Positions 1 to 11,333 of a stretch of 64,000 bases of DNA are shown piece by piece (the stretch's first letter is position 1; each line of letters begins with the position of its first letter). The DNA comes from Macrostomum lignano (Eukaryota): the NCBI GenBank assembly GCA_002269645.1, contig NIVC01001522.1:62001-126000 (forward strand), given 5' to 3'. The translations under genes were made by a program, and so were the position numbers. A model generated the notes under the pieces. That model was not told the DNA's origin and searched no databases. It worked only from the letters and a program-made list of their open reading frames with translations.

Positions 1-619
1 TTAAAAATACTGGCTGCGCAGCGCAGGGCTCCGTATGCCGGGCCATTTCAGCCTTCCCAACCCCCCAAGCCGGAGGTTCGTCCCACCGAACGACATTTTG
101 CGCGCGAGGCGGTCGTAAAAACATTTCTGCCTTTTCTGCTTTCGCAGCTTTTCTTAGAGCAGGGCCATGCAGGGGCCTCTCTGCTTCTAGGGGAGATATG
201 GAGAGCTAGCGAGTCGCGATGAAGTCAGGGAAGAGTTGCGGAACGGAAGAGATAGGGGAGGAAGTGAGGGAGACTTCCTCTTTCCGCAGTTTGGGATTAA
301 TTCCCCCTCTCTCAAGAAGAAGCGAAGGAATTGGGTCTTTCTGACATTTTTGCAGCGCCGATTATTCATGATTTTCAAACTTCCATACGGTTCAATCTTT
401 TTCATCGGTTGCTTGAAGTTGAAGATTTCTCCGTTTGTCAATTCGATTAAACCTATTTTTATGCAATAAGCTATTTGACAGATTAGATAGAGTGAAATTG
501 TATTTATAACAGTGATTAGGTTGCAATAGCAAGTCAAAATTAGGAGACGACCAAGCCTTAAGTTCAGTTGAACCCATGAACTCTTTACAAGCGGACTCAC
601 AGTGTGAGCTGACCAGCTG

Positions 620-1998
620 CGGTCTCCCTTTTGACTTGACCCCCCCCCTGGGTCCTAACTTTGAGTTGACCCTCCGGTCTCCCTTTTGACTTGACCCCCC
701 CCCTGGGTCCTAACTTTGAGTTGACCCCGGTCTCCCTTTTGACTTAACCCCCCCCCCTGGGTCCTAACTTTGAGTTGACCCTCCGGTCTCCCTTTTGACT
801 TGACCCCCCCCTGGGTCCTAACTTTGAGTTGACCCCGGTCTCCCTTTTGACTTAACCCCCCCCTGGGTCCTAACTTTGAGTTGACCCCGGTCTCCCTTTT
901 GACTTAACCCCCCCCCTGGGTCCTAACTTTGAGTTGACCCTCCGGTCTCCCTTTTGACTTGACCCCCCCTGGGTCCTAACTTTGAGTTGACCCCGGTCTC
1001 CCTTTTGACTTAACCCCCCCCCCCCCTGGGTCCTAACTTTGAGTTGACCCTCCGGTCTCCCTTTTGACTTAACCCCCCCCCCCTGGGTCCTAACTTTGAG
1101 TTGACCCTCCGGTCTCCCTTTTGACTTAACCCCCCCCCCCTGTGTCCTAACTTTGAGTTGACCCTCCGGTCTCCCTTTTGACTTGACCCCCCCTCTGCGT
1201 CCTAACTTTGAGTTGACCCTCCGGTCTCCCTTTTGACTTGACCCCCCCTCTGCGTCCTAACTTTGAGTTGACCCTCCGGTCTCCCTTTTGACTTGACCCC
1301 CTCCCTGTGTCCTAATTTTGAGTTGACCCTCCGGTCTCCCTTTTGACTTGACCCCCCCCTCTGCGTCCTAACTTTGAGTTGACCCTCCGGTCTCCCTTTT
1401 GACTTGACCCCCCCCCTCTGCGTCCTAACTTTGAGTTGACCCTCCGGTCTCCCTTTTGACTTGACCCCCCCCTCTGCGTCCTAACTTTGAGTTGACCCTC
1501 CGGTCTCCCTTTTGACTTGACCCCCCTCTGCGTCCTAACTTTGAGTTGACCCTCCGGTCTCCCTTTTGACTTGACCCCCTCCCTGTGTCCTAATTTTGAG
1601 TTGACCCTCCGGTCTCCCTTTTGACTTGACCCCCCCTCTGCGTCCTAACTTTGAGTTGACCCTCCGGTCTCCCTTTTGACTTGACCCCCTCCCTGTGTCC
1701 TAATTTTGAGTTGACCCTCCGGTCTCCCTTTTGACTTGACCCCCCCCTCTGCGTCCTAACTTTGAGTTGACCCTCCGGTCTCCCTTTTGACTTGACCCCC
1801 TCCCTGTGTCCTAATTTTGAGTTGACCCTCCGGTCTCCCTTTTGACTTGACCACCCCCTCTGCGTCCTAACTTTGAGTTGACCCTCCGGTCTCCCTTTTG
1901 ACTTGACCCCCCCCTCTTCGTCCTAACTTTGAGTTGACCCTCCGGTCTCCCTTTTGACTTGACCCCCATCTGTCCTAACTTTTCTTTTAGTTGACCCT
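620..1998. repeat. Tandem minisatellite, ~55-bp unit (CCCTCCGGTCTCCCTTTTGACTTGAC(C)nTGGGTCCTAACTTTGAGTTGA), ~25 copies
   Basis: CCTAACTTTG recurs at 1146 and 1201 (55 bp apart). The poly-C tract varies in length between copies. Confidence 0.95.
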
Positions 1999-2960
1999 CT
2001 CTCTTTACCCGGATTTGTGTCTACGCTTCTGTCCCCTAGTTGAGTACCCCTCGGTCCTCTAATCCCTCTAACTCTAAGTCCCATCCCGAACTGAAGCAGC
2101 CGGATAAGAATTTCATACCCATAACTCTCTAGGACATCAAATAAAATGAAAACAAACCCAACATAGAAATAAATCCAGGCAGGCACCTAACTCAAGCTTC
2201 GGTAAATAAGGCTTGACTTTCAAGTGATAAAAAAGTTGAGGAAAGTGAAAAGAGACTGACAGACAGGCTTTTTGGCCGCCCGGCCCTGCCCCTATCCCGG
2301 ACCGCAAGGACCAGTCAGTCGGAGTGAATGGGCTGATATGAAACCGAAGACAGATTTTATGGCGCACACGGACAGAGTGCGGGGCCCCCGGTCGGCCAAA
2401 GCAGAGGGCAAAGCGGGCGGGCGCCGATTTTACAACCTCGCAGAGGCCAACACCCCGACTCCTCCACCCTAAAAACACTGTCAATAAAAACAAAACTGCT
2501 CTATTCTCGTCGCCCCCCCCTGCTCATATCATATATAAGAATTACCTATACTATACCTAAGGGAAGGCTTCTCAAAAAATATAATATTCTCTTTCTCTAT
2601 GAAAGTGAAGGCCAGAAATTGCTCAGCATGTGGGTGCCATCCCTCCATATATCCTATAGTGTCGCGGCACTCACTCAAACAAACACTCGCTCTCTTACCC
2701 GCCGAAGTTATGGAATATAACAACTGAAATTTTACAACTTCCGCGCTCAAGATCTGCATGGGCGGACAGAAGGGGTGGGTTTTGCATTTTTTTCAGCAGA
2801 TTCTATGTATTCCATATATCACATTCTGTTCTCCATTTGTTATTTTATTTGGCCTTTTTTCTTCTTCGATCTTTAACACCACTGCGTGCCCTGTTCGGCT
2901 TCCTTTGATGTGGTGTTGAAACAAAATAATTCACTCTGTGTCTGTGCAGACAGGCAGAGA

Positions 2961-3700
2961 GCTGAGGGTAGATAGAGTAGGTAAAGTTGGAAGAGAGCGG
3001 AGGGTAGATAAGAGTAGGTAAAGTTGGGAGAGAGCGGAGGGTAGATAAGAGTAGGTAAAGTTGGGAGAGAGCGGAGGGTATAGATAGAGTAGGTAAAGTT
3101 GGGAGAGAGCGGAGGGTATAGATAGAGAGGGTAAAGTTGGGAGAGAGCGGAGGGTATAGATAGAGTAGGTAAAGTTGGGAGAGAGCGGAGGGTATAGATA
3201 AAGAGGGTAAAGTTGGAAGAGAGCGGAGGGTAGATAGAGAGGGTAAAGTTGGGAGAGAGCGGAGGGTATAGATAGAGAGGGTAAAGTTGGGAGAGAGCGG
3301 ATGGTAGATAGAGAGGGTAAAGTTGGAAGAGAGCGGAGGGTAGATAGAGAGGGTAAAGTTGGGAGAGAGCGGAGGGTATAGATAGAGAGGGTAAAGTTGG
3401 GAGAGAGCGGAGAGTATAGATAGAGAGGGTAAAGTTAGAAGAGAGCGGAGGGTATAGATAGAGAGGGTAAAGTTAGAAGAGAACGGAGGGTATAGATAGA
3501 GAGGGTAAAGTTGGAAGAGAGCGGAGGGTAGATAGAGAGGGTAAAGTTGGGAGAGAGCGAAGAGTATAGATAGAGAGGGTAAAGTTGGAAGAGAGCGGAG
3601 GGTATAGATAGAGAGGGTAAAGTTGGAAGAGAGCGGAGGGTAGATAGAGAGGGTAAAGTTGGGAGAGAGCGAAGAGTATATATAGAGGGTATAGATAGAG
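2961..3700. repeat. Purine-rich minisatellite, ~34-38-bp unit (GAGCGGAGGGTATAGATAGAGAGGGTAAAGTTGGGAGA)
   Basis: Tandem copies read directly. They generate the repetitive ORFs 2845..3756 and 3435..3752. Confidence 0.95.
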
Positions 3701-4409
3701 ATTGTGAAGGTGGAATATGAGAGGAAGCTAGCACAGAGCCTAAGGGATCCATGCACAGTTATAACAGTTTACCTGTTAATTATTAATTAAGGGCGTTTAA
3801 TTTAATCCACCAAAGTGTAAATGTTCTGCATACGTGCATTTGCAAGATCTTTTACAAGCTCAAACTCAAACTCAAACTTAATTGCCAATTATATAAACTT
3901 ATTTTATTACATTATTTTTTTTTGTTGACTTTCACTAGACTGTCGCCTGAATGACTGGCTGGGTCGTTTATTAAGTCAAGTCGTATTTGTATTTATAAAT
4001 CGTTTTATCAATTATTAGCGGCAGACTTACTGGAGACAACATGTACATACTCCCCACTGCACTCTGAGAAATTTGATTACTAACTAAACCGTGTGGTGTA
4101 TACATTCTATACTAATAACGAACGTTCTTTACAACATTATACTATAATACAATTATTGCACCAATTAATTTTCAGAAGTCTCAACGTCGCCTTTGCCTTA
4201 TAAAAGCAGGCGCCAACGCCAAGCAAGCAGTCACGCGTCGCCATGCCTGTTATAATTGCTGTGCATTTAATGGCAAGCAAGATGTTAAGATTTACAACAT
4301 TAATTCATAATTTTCTTTGACTGCAGTTCTGCATGGCTTAAAGTTCTTTGCTTTTAGATGGTAAGCTCATTACGAGCGTATATTCAGATATAAGTAGTGC
4401 AATGAGATG

Positions 4410-4998
4410 AAGGGAAGCCAAGGAGATGTAGGGAAGGCAAGGAGATGTAGGGAAGGCAAGGAGATGTAGGGAACCAAAGGAGATGTAGGGAAGGAAGGCA
4501 AGGAGATGTAGGGAAGGCAAGGAGATGTAGGGAAGGCAAGGAGATGTAGGGAAGGCAAGGAGATGTAGGGAAGGCAAGGAGATGTAGGGAAGGCAAGGAG
4601 ATGTAAGGAAGGCAAGGAGATGTAGGGAAGGTAAGGAGATGTAGGGAACCAAAGGAGATGTAGGGAAGGAAGGCAAGGAGATGTAGGGAAGGCAAGGAGA
4701 TGTAGGGAAGGCAAGGAGATGTAGGGAAGGCAAGGAGATGTAAGGAAGGCAAGGAGATGTAGGGAAGGTAAGGAGATGTAGGGAACCAAAAGAGATGTAG
4801 GGAAGGCAAGGAGATGTAGGGAAGGCAAGGAGATGTAGGGAACCAAAAGAGATGTAGGGAAGGCAAGGAGATGTAGGGAAGGCAAGGAGATGTAGGGAAC
4901 CAAAAGAGATGTTGGGAACCAAAAGAGATGTAGGGAACCAAAAGGAGATGTAGGGAAGGCAAGGAGATGTAGGGAAGGCAGGCCCAGAGAGATGTAGG
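4410..4998. repeat. 19-bp minisatellite (GGAGATGTAGGGAAGGCAA)
   Basis: Direct tandem copies with an AACCAAA variant unit. Confidence 0.95.
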
Positions 4999-5444
4999 GG
5001 TGCTGCAGGGTCTAAGGAGTGCTGCTATTTTTACAATCGATGAATTGCAAATTAATTATGAAAACGAAATGCATGCCTGATTTAATTGGCCATTGTCACT
5101 AGGGCCTTAAGTGCTTCGCTGAATCAAAGAGCTTGAAGCTTATTATAGAAGATTTTAGGCATCTTTAACAAGCATGATTGAGCGGGCAGTTTCAGTTTTT
5201 TCAATTTTTATGACTTTAATCTTTTCAGTTCTTTTAATTTGATACTTTTAAACTAGAAGCATCTGCATGTGCTGCAGATTCAAGTATACAAAGAACAAGT
5301 GGGCGGCCTTTTAGTTTGTATACACTTTCCTTATTGTTGCAATCGCCTTCAGGGGGGGGGGTTGGCAAACTTTTCAACCTCAAGGGCCAGATAAAGAATC
5401 CATGCCCAGCTCATGGCTGCGGCCAGGTGAGACAGGAAAAGGGA

Positions 5445-5975
5445 GGGAAGAGAGAAAAGAGATGAAAGAGGAGACGCGGGAGGAGACGAGAGAGGAGAGA
5501 AGAGAGGAGATGAGAGAGGAGATGAGAGAGGAGGTGAGAGAGGAGACGAGAGAGGAGATGAGAGAGGAGGTGAGAGAGGAGACAAGGGAGGAGATAAGAG
5601 AGGAGATGAGAGAAGAGATTAGAGAGGAGATGAGAGAGGAGGTGAGAGAGGAGACAAGGGAGGAGATAAGAGAGGAGATGAGAGAAGAGATTAGAGAGGA
5701 GATGAGAGAGGAGATGAGAGAGGGGATGAGAGAGGAGGTGAGAGAGGAGATGAGAGAATAGACGAGAGAGGAGACGAGAGAGGAGATAAGAGAGGAGACA
5801 AGGGAGGAGATGAGAGAGGGGATGAGAGAGGGGATGAGAGAGGAGACGAGAGAGGAGACAAGGGAGGAAAAGGAATGGGAGAGGAGATGAGAGAGGGGAT
5901 GAGAGAGGGGATGAGAGAGGAGACGAGAGAGGAGACAAGGGAGGAAAAGGAATGGGAGAGGAGATGGGAGGAGAG
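5445..5975. repeat. GA-rich low-complexity tandem repeat (GAGAGAGGAGAT-like, ~12-bp units)
   Basis: Direct reading. It explains the E/R/M-rich ORF 5402..5761. Confidence 0.9.
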
Positions 5976-6412
5976 ACAGAGACGAGCGATCCCGCGGGCG
6001 GAAGTTTCCCGCGGGCCGGAAGTCGATGAGCCCCTAAATTAGTATTGGTATATTTATACCGAACTTTCGTTTTGTCAGTCAAAATTTTCCAACTCCTTTC
6101 GTTTTAATAAAGTTGCCTTGATATTCTGTGTTCAAGAAATGAATTGGAAATTATAGAATGCATAGGTCATTCTGCTTTTAAAAAAAGCTTTTCGAGTGTA
6201 TGCTTTGCAGTCCATCTGGATTTCTTTGAAGCATCTTGATTTTTTTCTACCTGCAGAATCTTCGCCCTCATCTCGATCGATCCTTTTCCTACCTCTCCCT
6301 TCATTCCCTATATCTCCCTGCATTTCAATACATGTCCCTGCATTCCCTCCATCTCCCTACACTCCCCTACGCCTTCCTGCATTCTTGCAATTCCACAGAT
6401 TTTTCTATATCT

Positions 6413-6508
6413 CCCTTAGACCCTGCAGCACCCCTTAGACCCTGCAGCACCCCTTAGACCCTGCAGCACCCCTTAGACCCTGCAGCACCCCTATAACCCT
6501 GCAGGACC
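6413..6508. repeat. Short 19-bp tandem repeat (CCCTTAGACCCTGCAGCAC), ~4-5 copies
   Basis: Direct reading. Confidence 0.85.
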
Positions 6509-6565
6509 GGATCTCGTACCGGGGCTCTCTTACGGTGCTATTGTAGGGTTGTAGACATGGACAAC

Positions 6566-6765
6566 CATGCATAAATAAATACTCAGCAACATTAAAAAAG
6601 TCGCCACCTTTGAGAGTGCGCAGTAAACTCTAGCTCAGTATTTATTGACTTTTGAGTGACGCAACTTGCGCCACTTGCACACGCATCTTGTGATCGAAAG
6701 ACACTGCTCACTGGGGCAAAGGGTTGGCGACTTCTCAATGTTGCTGAGTACATTTAATTTGCATG
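6566..6765. mobile_element. Putative ~200-bp MITE/foldback with ~45-bp imperfect terminal inverted repeats
   Basis: CATGCATAAATAAATACTCAGCAACATTAAAAAAGTCGCCACCTTTG (6566-6612) is an imperfect reverse complement of CAAAGGGTTGGCGACTTCTCAATGTTGCTGAGTACATTTAATTTGCATG (6717-6765). No clear TSD. Confidence 0.5.
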
Positions 6766-7619
6766 CAGGAAGGCTGTTGTGGGAATCCTAACGCGCAACG
6801 ACTTCGGCTGACGGCAATTCCGCCGAGACAAGATTGACAAGCAAACAAATCTTGGCTTGGGAGTCCGAGCCTACAGCGCACATCTTGGCTCTATCTCCTG
6901 GCCCTATATATAACACCCATAACTCGCCATGCAGGCGAATGCAGTTAACTTTAGCATTAACCCAAATAATAAAAACCGTATGCATGCAGGGCTAGCTTAC
7001 CTCTTAAAAGGCCGAAAAATTATGACGCAATAAAAGGATTTGTTGCCGACTAGAGATGGGACAGGGATGCAGTGCTAGGACAGATATTGTAATCACTAGT
7101 AGTTGTCGAGGTGGATCGTAAGAGAGAGAGAGAAGGGTCCAACGGCAACTAAGAAGGTTTAATGGGCTAAATATTGCCAAATTTATGGTTTGAAGGCAGA
7201 GCTATATAGCGGGACTGAAATGTTTGGGTGTGTGTGTGTGTGTGCGTGTATTGCGGGTCGAAGGATTTATGTTTTGGGATTAGATATATAAAGGCCGGGG
7301 TTACGAGCCCCTAGCGACCGCGTGGAGACCCCCTTTGCCTTGCCTGATACAGACTGCGGCGCTCTGACAGAAAGCGGAGTAGAGCTCGGAGACAGGAGAG
7401 TCGGTCTCCTTGCTGATTGGCTGTTGAAGCAGAAGACTCGACAAGCGGGGCGGGCGGGCCGGTGGGGAGGGGGCGAAGAGGGGAGGTGAGCGGCGGAGGA
7501 CGCGAGCCTTGGACACCATGGACACTGCAGGGATACGAACATCTGGATTGGAAACCAGAATCTTAGTGGCGCTGCCTTTTAGGGCACTCACGAGTGCTCT
7601 GACTGTTGTCTTATTTTTA

Positions 7620-8160
7620 TTAGGATTAGGATTAGGAGTGCTATTAGGGTTAGGGGTGCTATTTGGATTAGGGGTGCTATTTGGATTAGGGGTGCTATTT
7701 GGATTAGGGGTGCTATTAGGATTAGGTGTGCTATTTGGATTAGGGATGCTATTAGGATTAGGGGTGCTTTTTGGATTAGGGATGCTATTAGGATTAGGGG
7801 TGCTATTAGGATTAGGGGTGCTATTAGGATTAGGGGTGCTATTTGGATTAGGGGTGCTATTTGGATTAGGGGTGCTATTAGGATTAGGTGTGCTATTTGG
7901 ATTAGGGATGCTATTAGGATTAGGGGTGCTTTTTGGATTAGGGATGCTATTAGGATTAGGGGTGCTATTAGGATTAGGGGTACTATTAGGAATAGGGGCG
8001 CTATTAGGATTAGGGGTGCTATTAGGATTAGGGGTACTATTAGGAATAGGGGCGCTATTAGGATTAGGGGTGCTATTAGGATTAGGGGTGCTATTAGGAT
8101 TAGGTGTGCTATTTGGATTAGGGGCTATTTGGATTAGGAGTGCTATCAAGATATGGGTGC
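7620..8160. repeat. 18-bp telomere-like minisatellite (GGATTAGGGGTGCTATTA)
   Basis: Direct tandem copies, most containing TTAGGG. They generate the PNPNST and LGVLLG ORFs. Confidence 0.95.
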
Positions 8161-8531
8161 TATAATAGGACCATAAATCAAGCTTGTGTTCAGCTAAGGT
8201 TTAGAAATTAAAATCATTAATCCCACGAGTTATTTTAAATTAGAATTTTAAAATCTTCAATCTGCACTGTCTGTTATAGGAAACTCTAGATATACTCGTA
8301 GTATTCCTTGAGCAATGCCCATTATATAAATTGCAGCTCAGCCCAGCTCGTATCCAAATACGAGTATCTGCTCGACCATAAGCGAGGCTCATAAAATATG
8401 CAATGCAAAGCTTGTTTTATACCTGCCGTCCATCCATGGACCTGCTATTTTTACAACGAATGGACTGTTGTATGAATAGTCAGCAAAATCAGCCATCAAC
8501 CGACATTCCACATGCCTGTCAACTCGCAGTT

Positions 8532-9417
8532 CTATGACAGTTCATGAGGACCACTCACAGTTCATGAGGATCACTCTATGACAGTTCATGAAGACCACTC
8601 ACAGTTCATGAGGATCACTCTATGACAGTTCATGAGGACCACTCACAGTTCATGAGGATCACTCTATGACAGTTCATGAGGACCACTCACAGTTCATGAG
8701 GATCACTCTATGACAGTTCATGAGGACCACTCACAGTTCATGAGGATCACTCTATGACAGTTCATGAAGACCACTCACAGTTCATGAGGATCACTCTATG
8801 ACAGTTCATGAAGACCACTCACAGTTCATGAGGATCACTCTATGACAGTTCATGAGGACCACTCACAGTTCATGAGGATCACTCTATGACAGTTCATGAA
8901 GACCACTCACAGTTCATGAGGATCACTCTATGACAGTTCATGAGGACCACTCACAGTTCATGAGGATCACTCTATGACAGTTCATGAGGACCACTCACAG
9001 TTCATGAGGATCACTCTATGACAGTTCATGAAGACCACTCACAGTTCATGAGGATCACTCTATGACAGTTCATGAGGACCACTCACAGTTCATGAGGATC
9101 ACTCTATGACAGTTCATGAAGACCACTCACAGTTCATGAGGATCACTCTATGACAGTTCATGAAGACCACTCACAGTTCATGAGGATCACTCTATGACAG
9201 TTCATGAAGACCACTCACACACAGTTCATGAGGATCACTCTGACAGTTCATGAGGACCACTCACAGTTCATGAGGATCACTCTATGACAGTTCATAAAGA
9301 CCACTCACAGTTCATGAGGATCACTCTATGACAGTTCATGAAGACCACTCACAGTTCATGAGGATCACTCTATGACAGTTCATGAGGACCACTCACAGTT
9401 CATGAGGATCACTCACA
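8532..9417. repeat. 44-bp dimeric minisatellite (ACAGTTCATGAGGACCACTC-ACAGTTCATGAGGATCACTCTATG), ~20 copies; resumes at 11334-11379
   Basis: Direct reading. The same unit reappears right after the retroelement. Confidence 0.95.
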
Positions 9418-9418
9418 A

Positions 9419-9618
9419 TGTAATATTTTATTCCTTGCCTTGGAGACAGTCTGAACTGTTAGCAATCGTGACAAATAATTAGCTGAATCATCGTATTGAT
9501 TTAATGTACGTTCGCTCTCTATGTACATCGCAGGCTTAACTTCAACTTGCATAAATAAAGCAATCACTGCCTCACGGGGCCTTCGTGTTTTTGGTGCTGC
9601 CAAATACCGCGTGTTACA
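9419..9618 (+). repeat. 5' LTR (200 bp)
   Basis: Starts TGTAA at 9419 and ends TTACA at 9618 (5-bp inverted termini). AATAAA at 9554-9559. The PBS follows 2 nt later. Confidence 0.8.
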
Positions 9619-10426
9619 AGTGGTAGCAGAGCGTACTGTGGCAGAGGGCGGCAGTCACCGTGCGATTCCTAGGGCGTTCAGCTCAGGCAACTTTAAGGAG
9701 TGGCTCCAGCGGTTTGAGCTGTGCGCGGCAGCCAACAAGTGGGTAAATGACAAGCATTTGCACCTGCCAACGTTTTTGGATGGTGAGGCTCTGGCTGTTT
9801 TTCTTGAGCTCGACGAGAATAGCAAGAGCGACTACAGCAAAGTGACCAAAGCTCTGAGCCAGGCATTTCACCCGGACAGCCAGCAATTCTCAGCGCTGGA
9901 TGCATTCGAGAGCCGGAAGCTGCTGCCGGGCGAATCTCCTCGGCTCTTTCTCTATCACCTGAAGCAGCTGCTAAAGGACGCTGGCATCAGCGAGGCAGGC
10001 GCAACGGCCACCATGCTGACTCACCAGTTCATTCGCGGACTGCCGGTGGACATCAGCAAGCAGATCAGAGCGGACGCGTCAGCCAAGACCGTGAGTGACG
10101 CTCTCGCACGGGCACAACTACTGGAGCTGCCTTCTGCCACCACGGACGGATTCAAGCAGCCTCTTGCAGCGGCAGCCGGAGCTGCAGGCAGTGCGGAGAC
10201 GGCAGAACTGCGGGCTGCGGTCAGCTCGCTGCAGGCGACCGTCCAAGACCTGGCGGCGAAGCTGGGCTCAGAGGTTTCGGACTCTTGCGTGATTCGCAGT
10301 GCGAGGAGACAGCGCGAGGTGACCTGCTGGAACTGCCACCGCCGCGGCCACATCGCCAGGAACTGCAATCAGCCGTCGGGAAACGGCACAGGCCGGGGCA
10401 GAGCCCGCACCCCTGGCCAGTTCTGA
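9521..10426 (+). CDS. gag: Retrotransposon Gag (capsid-like helical region plus CX2CX4HX4C zinc knuckle CWNCHRRGHIARNC); true start uncertain (GTG at 9638)
   Basis: Gypsy-Gag-like sequence (EWLQRFELCAAANKW, LPTFLDGEALAVF, FIRGLP) and a terminal CCHC motif. Confidence 0.85.
   Translation: MYIAGLTSTCINKAITASRGLRVFGAAKYRVLQVVAERTVAEGGSHRAIPRAFSSGNFKEWLQRFELCAAANKWVNDKHLHLPTFLDGEALAVFLELDENSKSDYSKVTKALSQAFHPDSQQFSALDAFESRKLLPGESPRLFLYHLKQLLKDAGISEAGATATMLTHQFIRGLPVDISKQIRADASAKTVSDALARAQLLELPSATTDGFKQPLAAAAGAAGSAETAELRAAVSSLQATVQDLAAKLGSEVSDSCVIRSARRQREVTCWNCHRRGHIARNCNQPSGNGTGRGRARTPGQF
9621..9632 (+). promoter_or_regulatory. Primer-binding site TGGTAGCAGAGC, complementary to the 3' end of initiator tRNA-Met
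   Basis: Lies directly after the LTR end. Animal tRNA-iMet ends in ...CUCUGCUACCA (established knowledge). Confidence 0.75.
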
Positions 10427-10434
10427 GCGCGGGC
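10378..10434 (+). promoter_or_regulatory. -1 programmed ribosomal frameshift signal: G GGA AAC heptamer plus H-type pseudoknot
   Basis: The heptamer at 10378-10384 is in gag frame and pol is the -1 frame. A 6-nt spacer follows. Stem 1 pairs 10391-10398 with 10411-10418; stem 2 pairs 10403-10408 with 10429-10434. Confidence 0.75.
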
Positions 10435-11333
10435 CCCAGCGTGAGTGGGTTGTTCCTGGGCGCAGAGGGGAGCGGTGCAGCCAGCAGCAGCGCAGCGGCA
10501 GTCGTCATCAGGCCGAACTCGGCGACATCCAAGCTGCAGTGCAGGATCGGAGGCGCAGACGTCACGGCGCTTATCGACTCAGGCAGCCAGGTGTCAATCG
10601 TGGACAAGCGGGTCCTGCAGAGCATGCGGCCAGCTCAGCTGGAGAGCGTGCACCTGGAGCTGCGGGCAGTCAACCAGCAGGCGGTGCCGGTGCGGCAGGT
10701 GGCCAGCCTGGCAGTGTCGCTCGGCGGCATCGAGCGGCGGCACCCGTTTTACGTGTCTGAAGGTCTGGTTGCTGCCGTCATCATCGGGCTGGACTTCATC
10801 AAGGCCTGCAACATGTGCCTGGACTTCAGCGACAGTGCAGCAGAGACCCCATCAAAGGACTCTTGTGTGATCAACGGCGTGAGTCACCTCGATGCTGACA
10901 GTCAGTTCGAGGACATTGAAGAGTAGCTGGTGCCGGATTTCACCAAGATCGACCTGCCAGTCGCGGAGGACCCGGACATCCGAGCTTTGGTGCGCGAGTT
11001 CAGCGACATTTTCACCAGGCGGCCAGGGCTGACGGATCGACACGAGCACAGCATCCCGCTGACTGACGATGTTCCGGTGCGGATCCCGCCGAGGAAGCTG
11101 CCGGTGCACTGGGAGCCCGAGGTGAGGAAGCTGATTCAGGAGCTGCTGGACAATGACGTCATCGAGGAGTCGGACAGCCCGTACGTGGCGACCCCAGTGT
11201 ACGTGCGGATGAAGAACGGTGACCTGCGGTTGACGATCGATTACCGCGAGCTGAACAAGAAGACGGTGCGGTAAGCGCAGGGCATTCCGCAGATGGACTT
11301 CGTCAAGGACAAGTTGGTTGGCAACGAGAGGAT
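10379..11333 (+). pseudogene. pol: Disrupted pol: aspartic protease (DSG at 10576-10584) and RT N-terminus, with stops TAG 10924-10926 and TAA 11272-11274, truncated before the YxDD motif
   Basis: ORFs 10285..10926 and 10930..11274 are in the same frame. After the second stop the frame continues AQGIPQMDFVKDKLVGNE until the satellite resumes. Confidence 0.85.

Larger units (their letters stand above)
9419..11333 (+). mobile_element. 3'-truncated Ty3/Gypsy LTR retrotransposon (5' LTR, PBS, gag, protease, partial RT) inserted in a satellite
   Basis: LTR has TGTAA...TTACA ends, followed by a PBS. Gag carries a CCHC knuckle, protease has LIDSGS, and the RT N-terminus reads SDSPYVATPVYVRMKNGDLRLTIDYRELNK. 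There are two in-frame stops in pol and no integrase or 3' LTR. Confidence 0.92.

Noticed and set aside
187-600. Overlapping short ORFs at the window start
   Set aside because: No recognisable motifs or splice context.
2845-8165. ORFs over the arrays at 2.9-3.7, 4.4-5.0, 5.4-6.0 and 7.6-8.2 kb
   Set aside because: Periodic low-complexity peptides produced by minisatellites that lack stop codons.
8532-9417. CRISPR-like array
   Set aside because: No unique spacers, no cas genes, and the context is eukaryotic. The same applies to all other arrays in the window.
10924-10926. Programmed UAG readthrough in pol
   Set aside because: The stop lies between protease and RT, and a second stop (11272) plus truncation show the copy is decaying.
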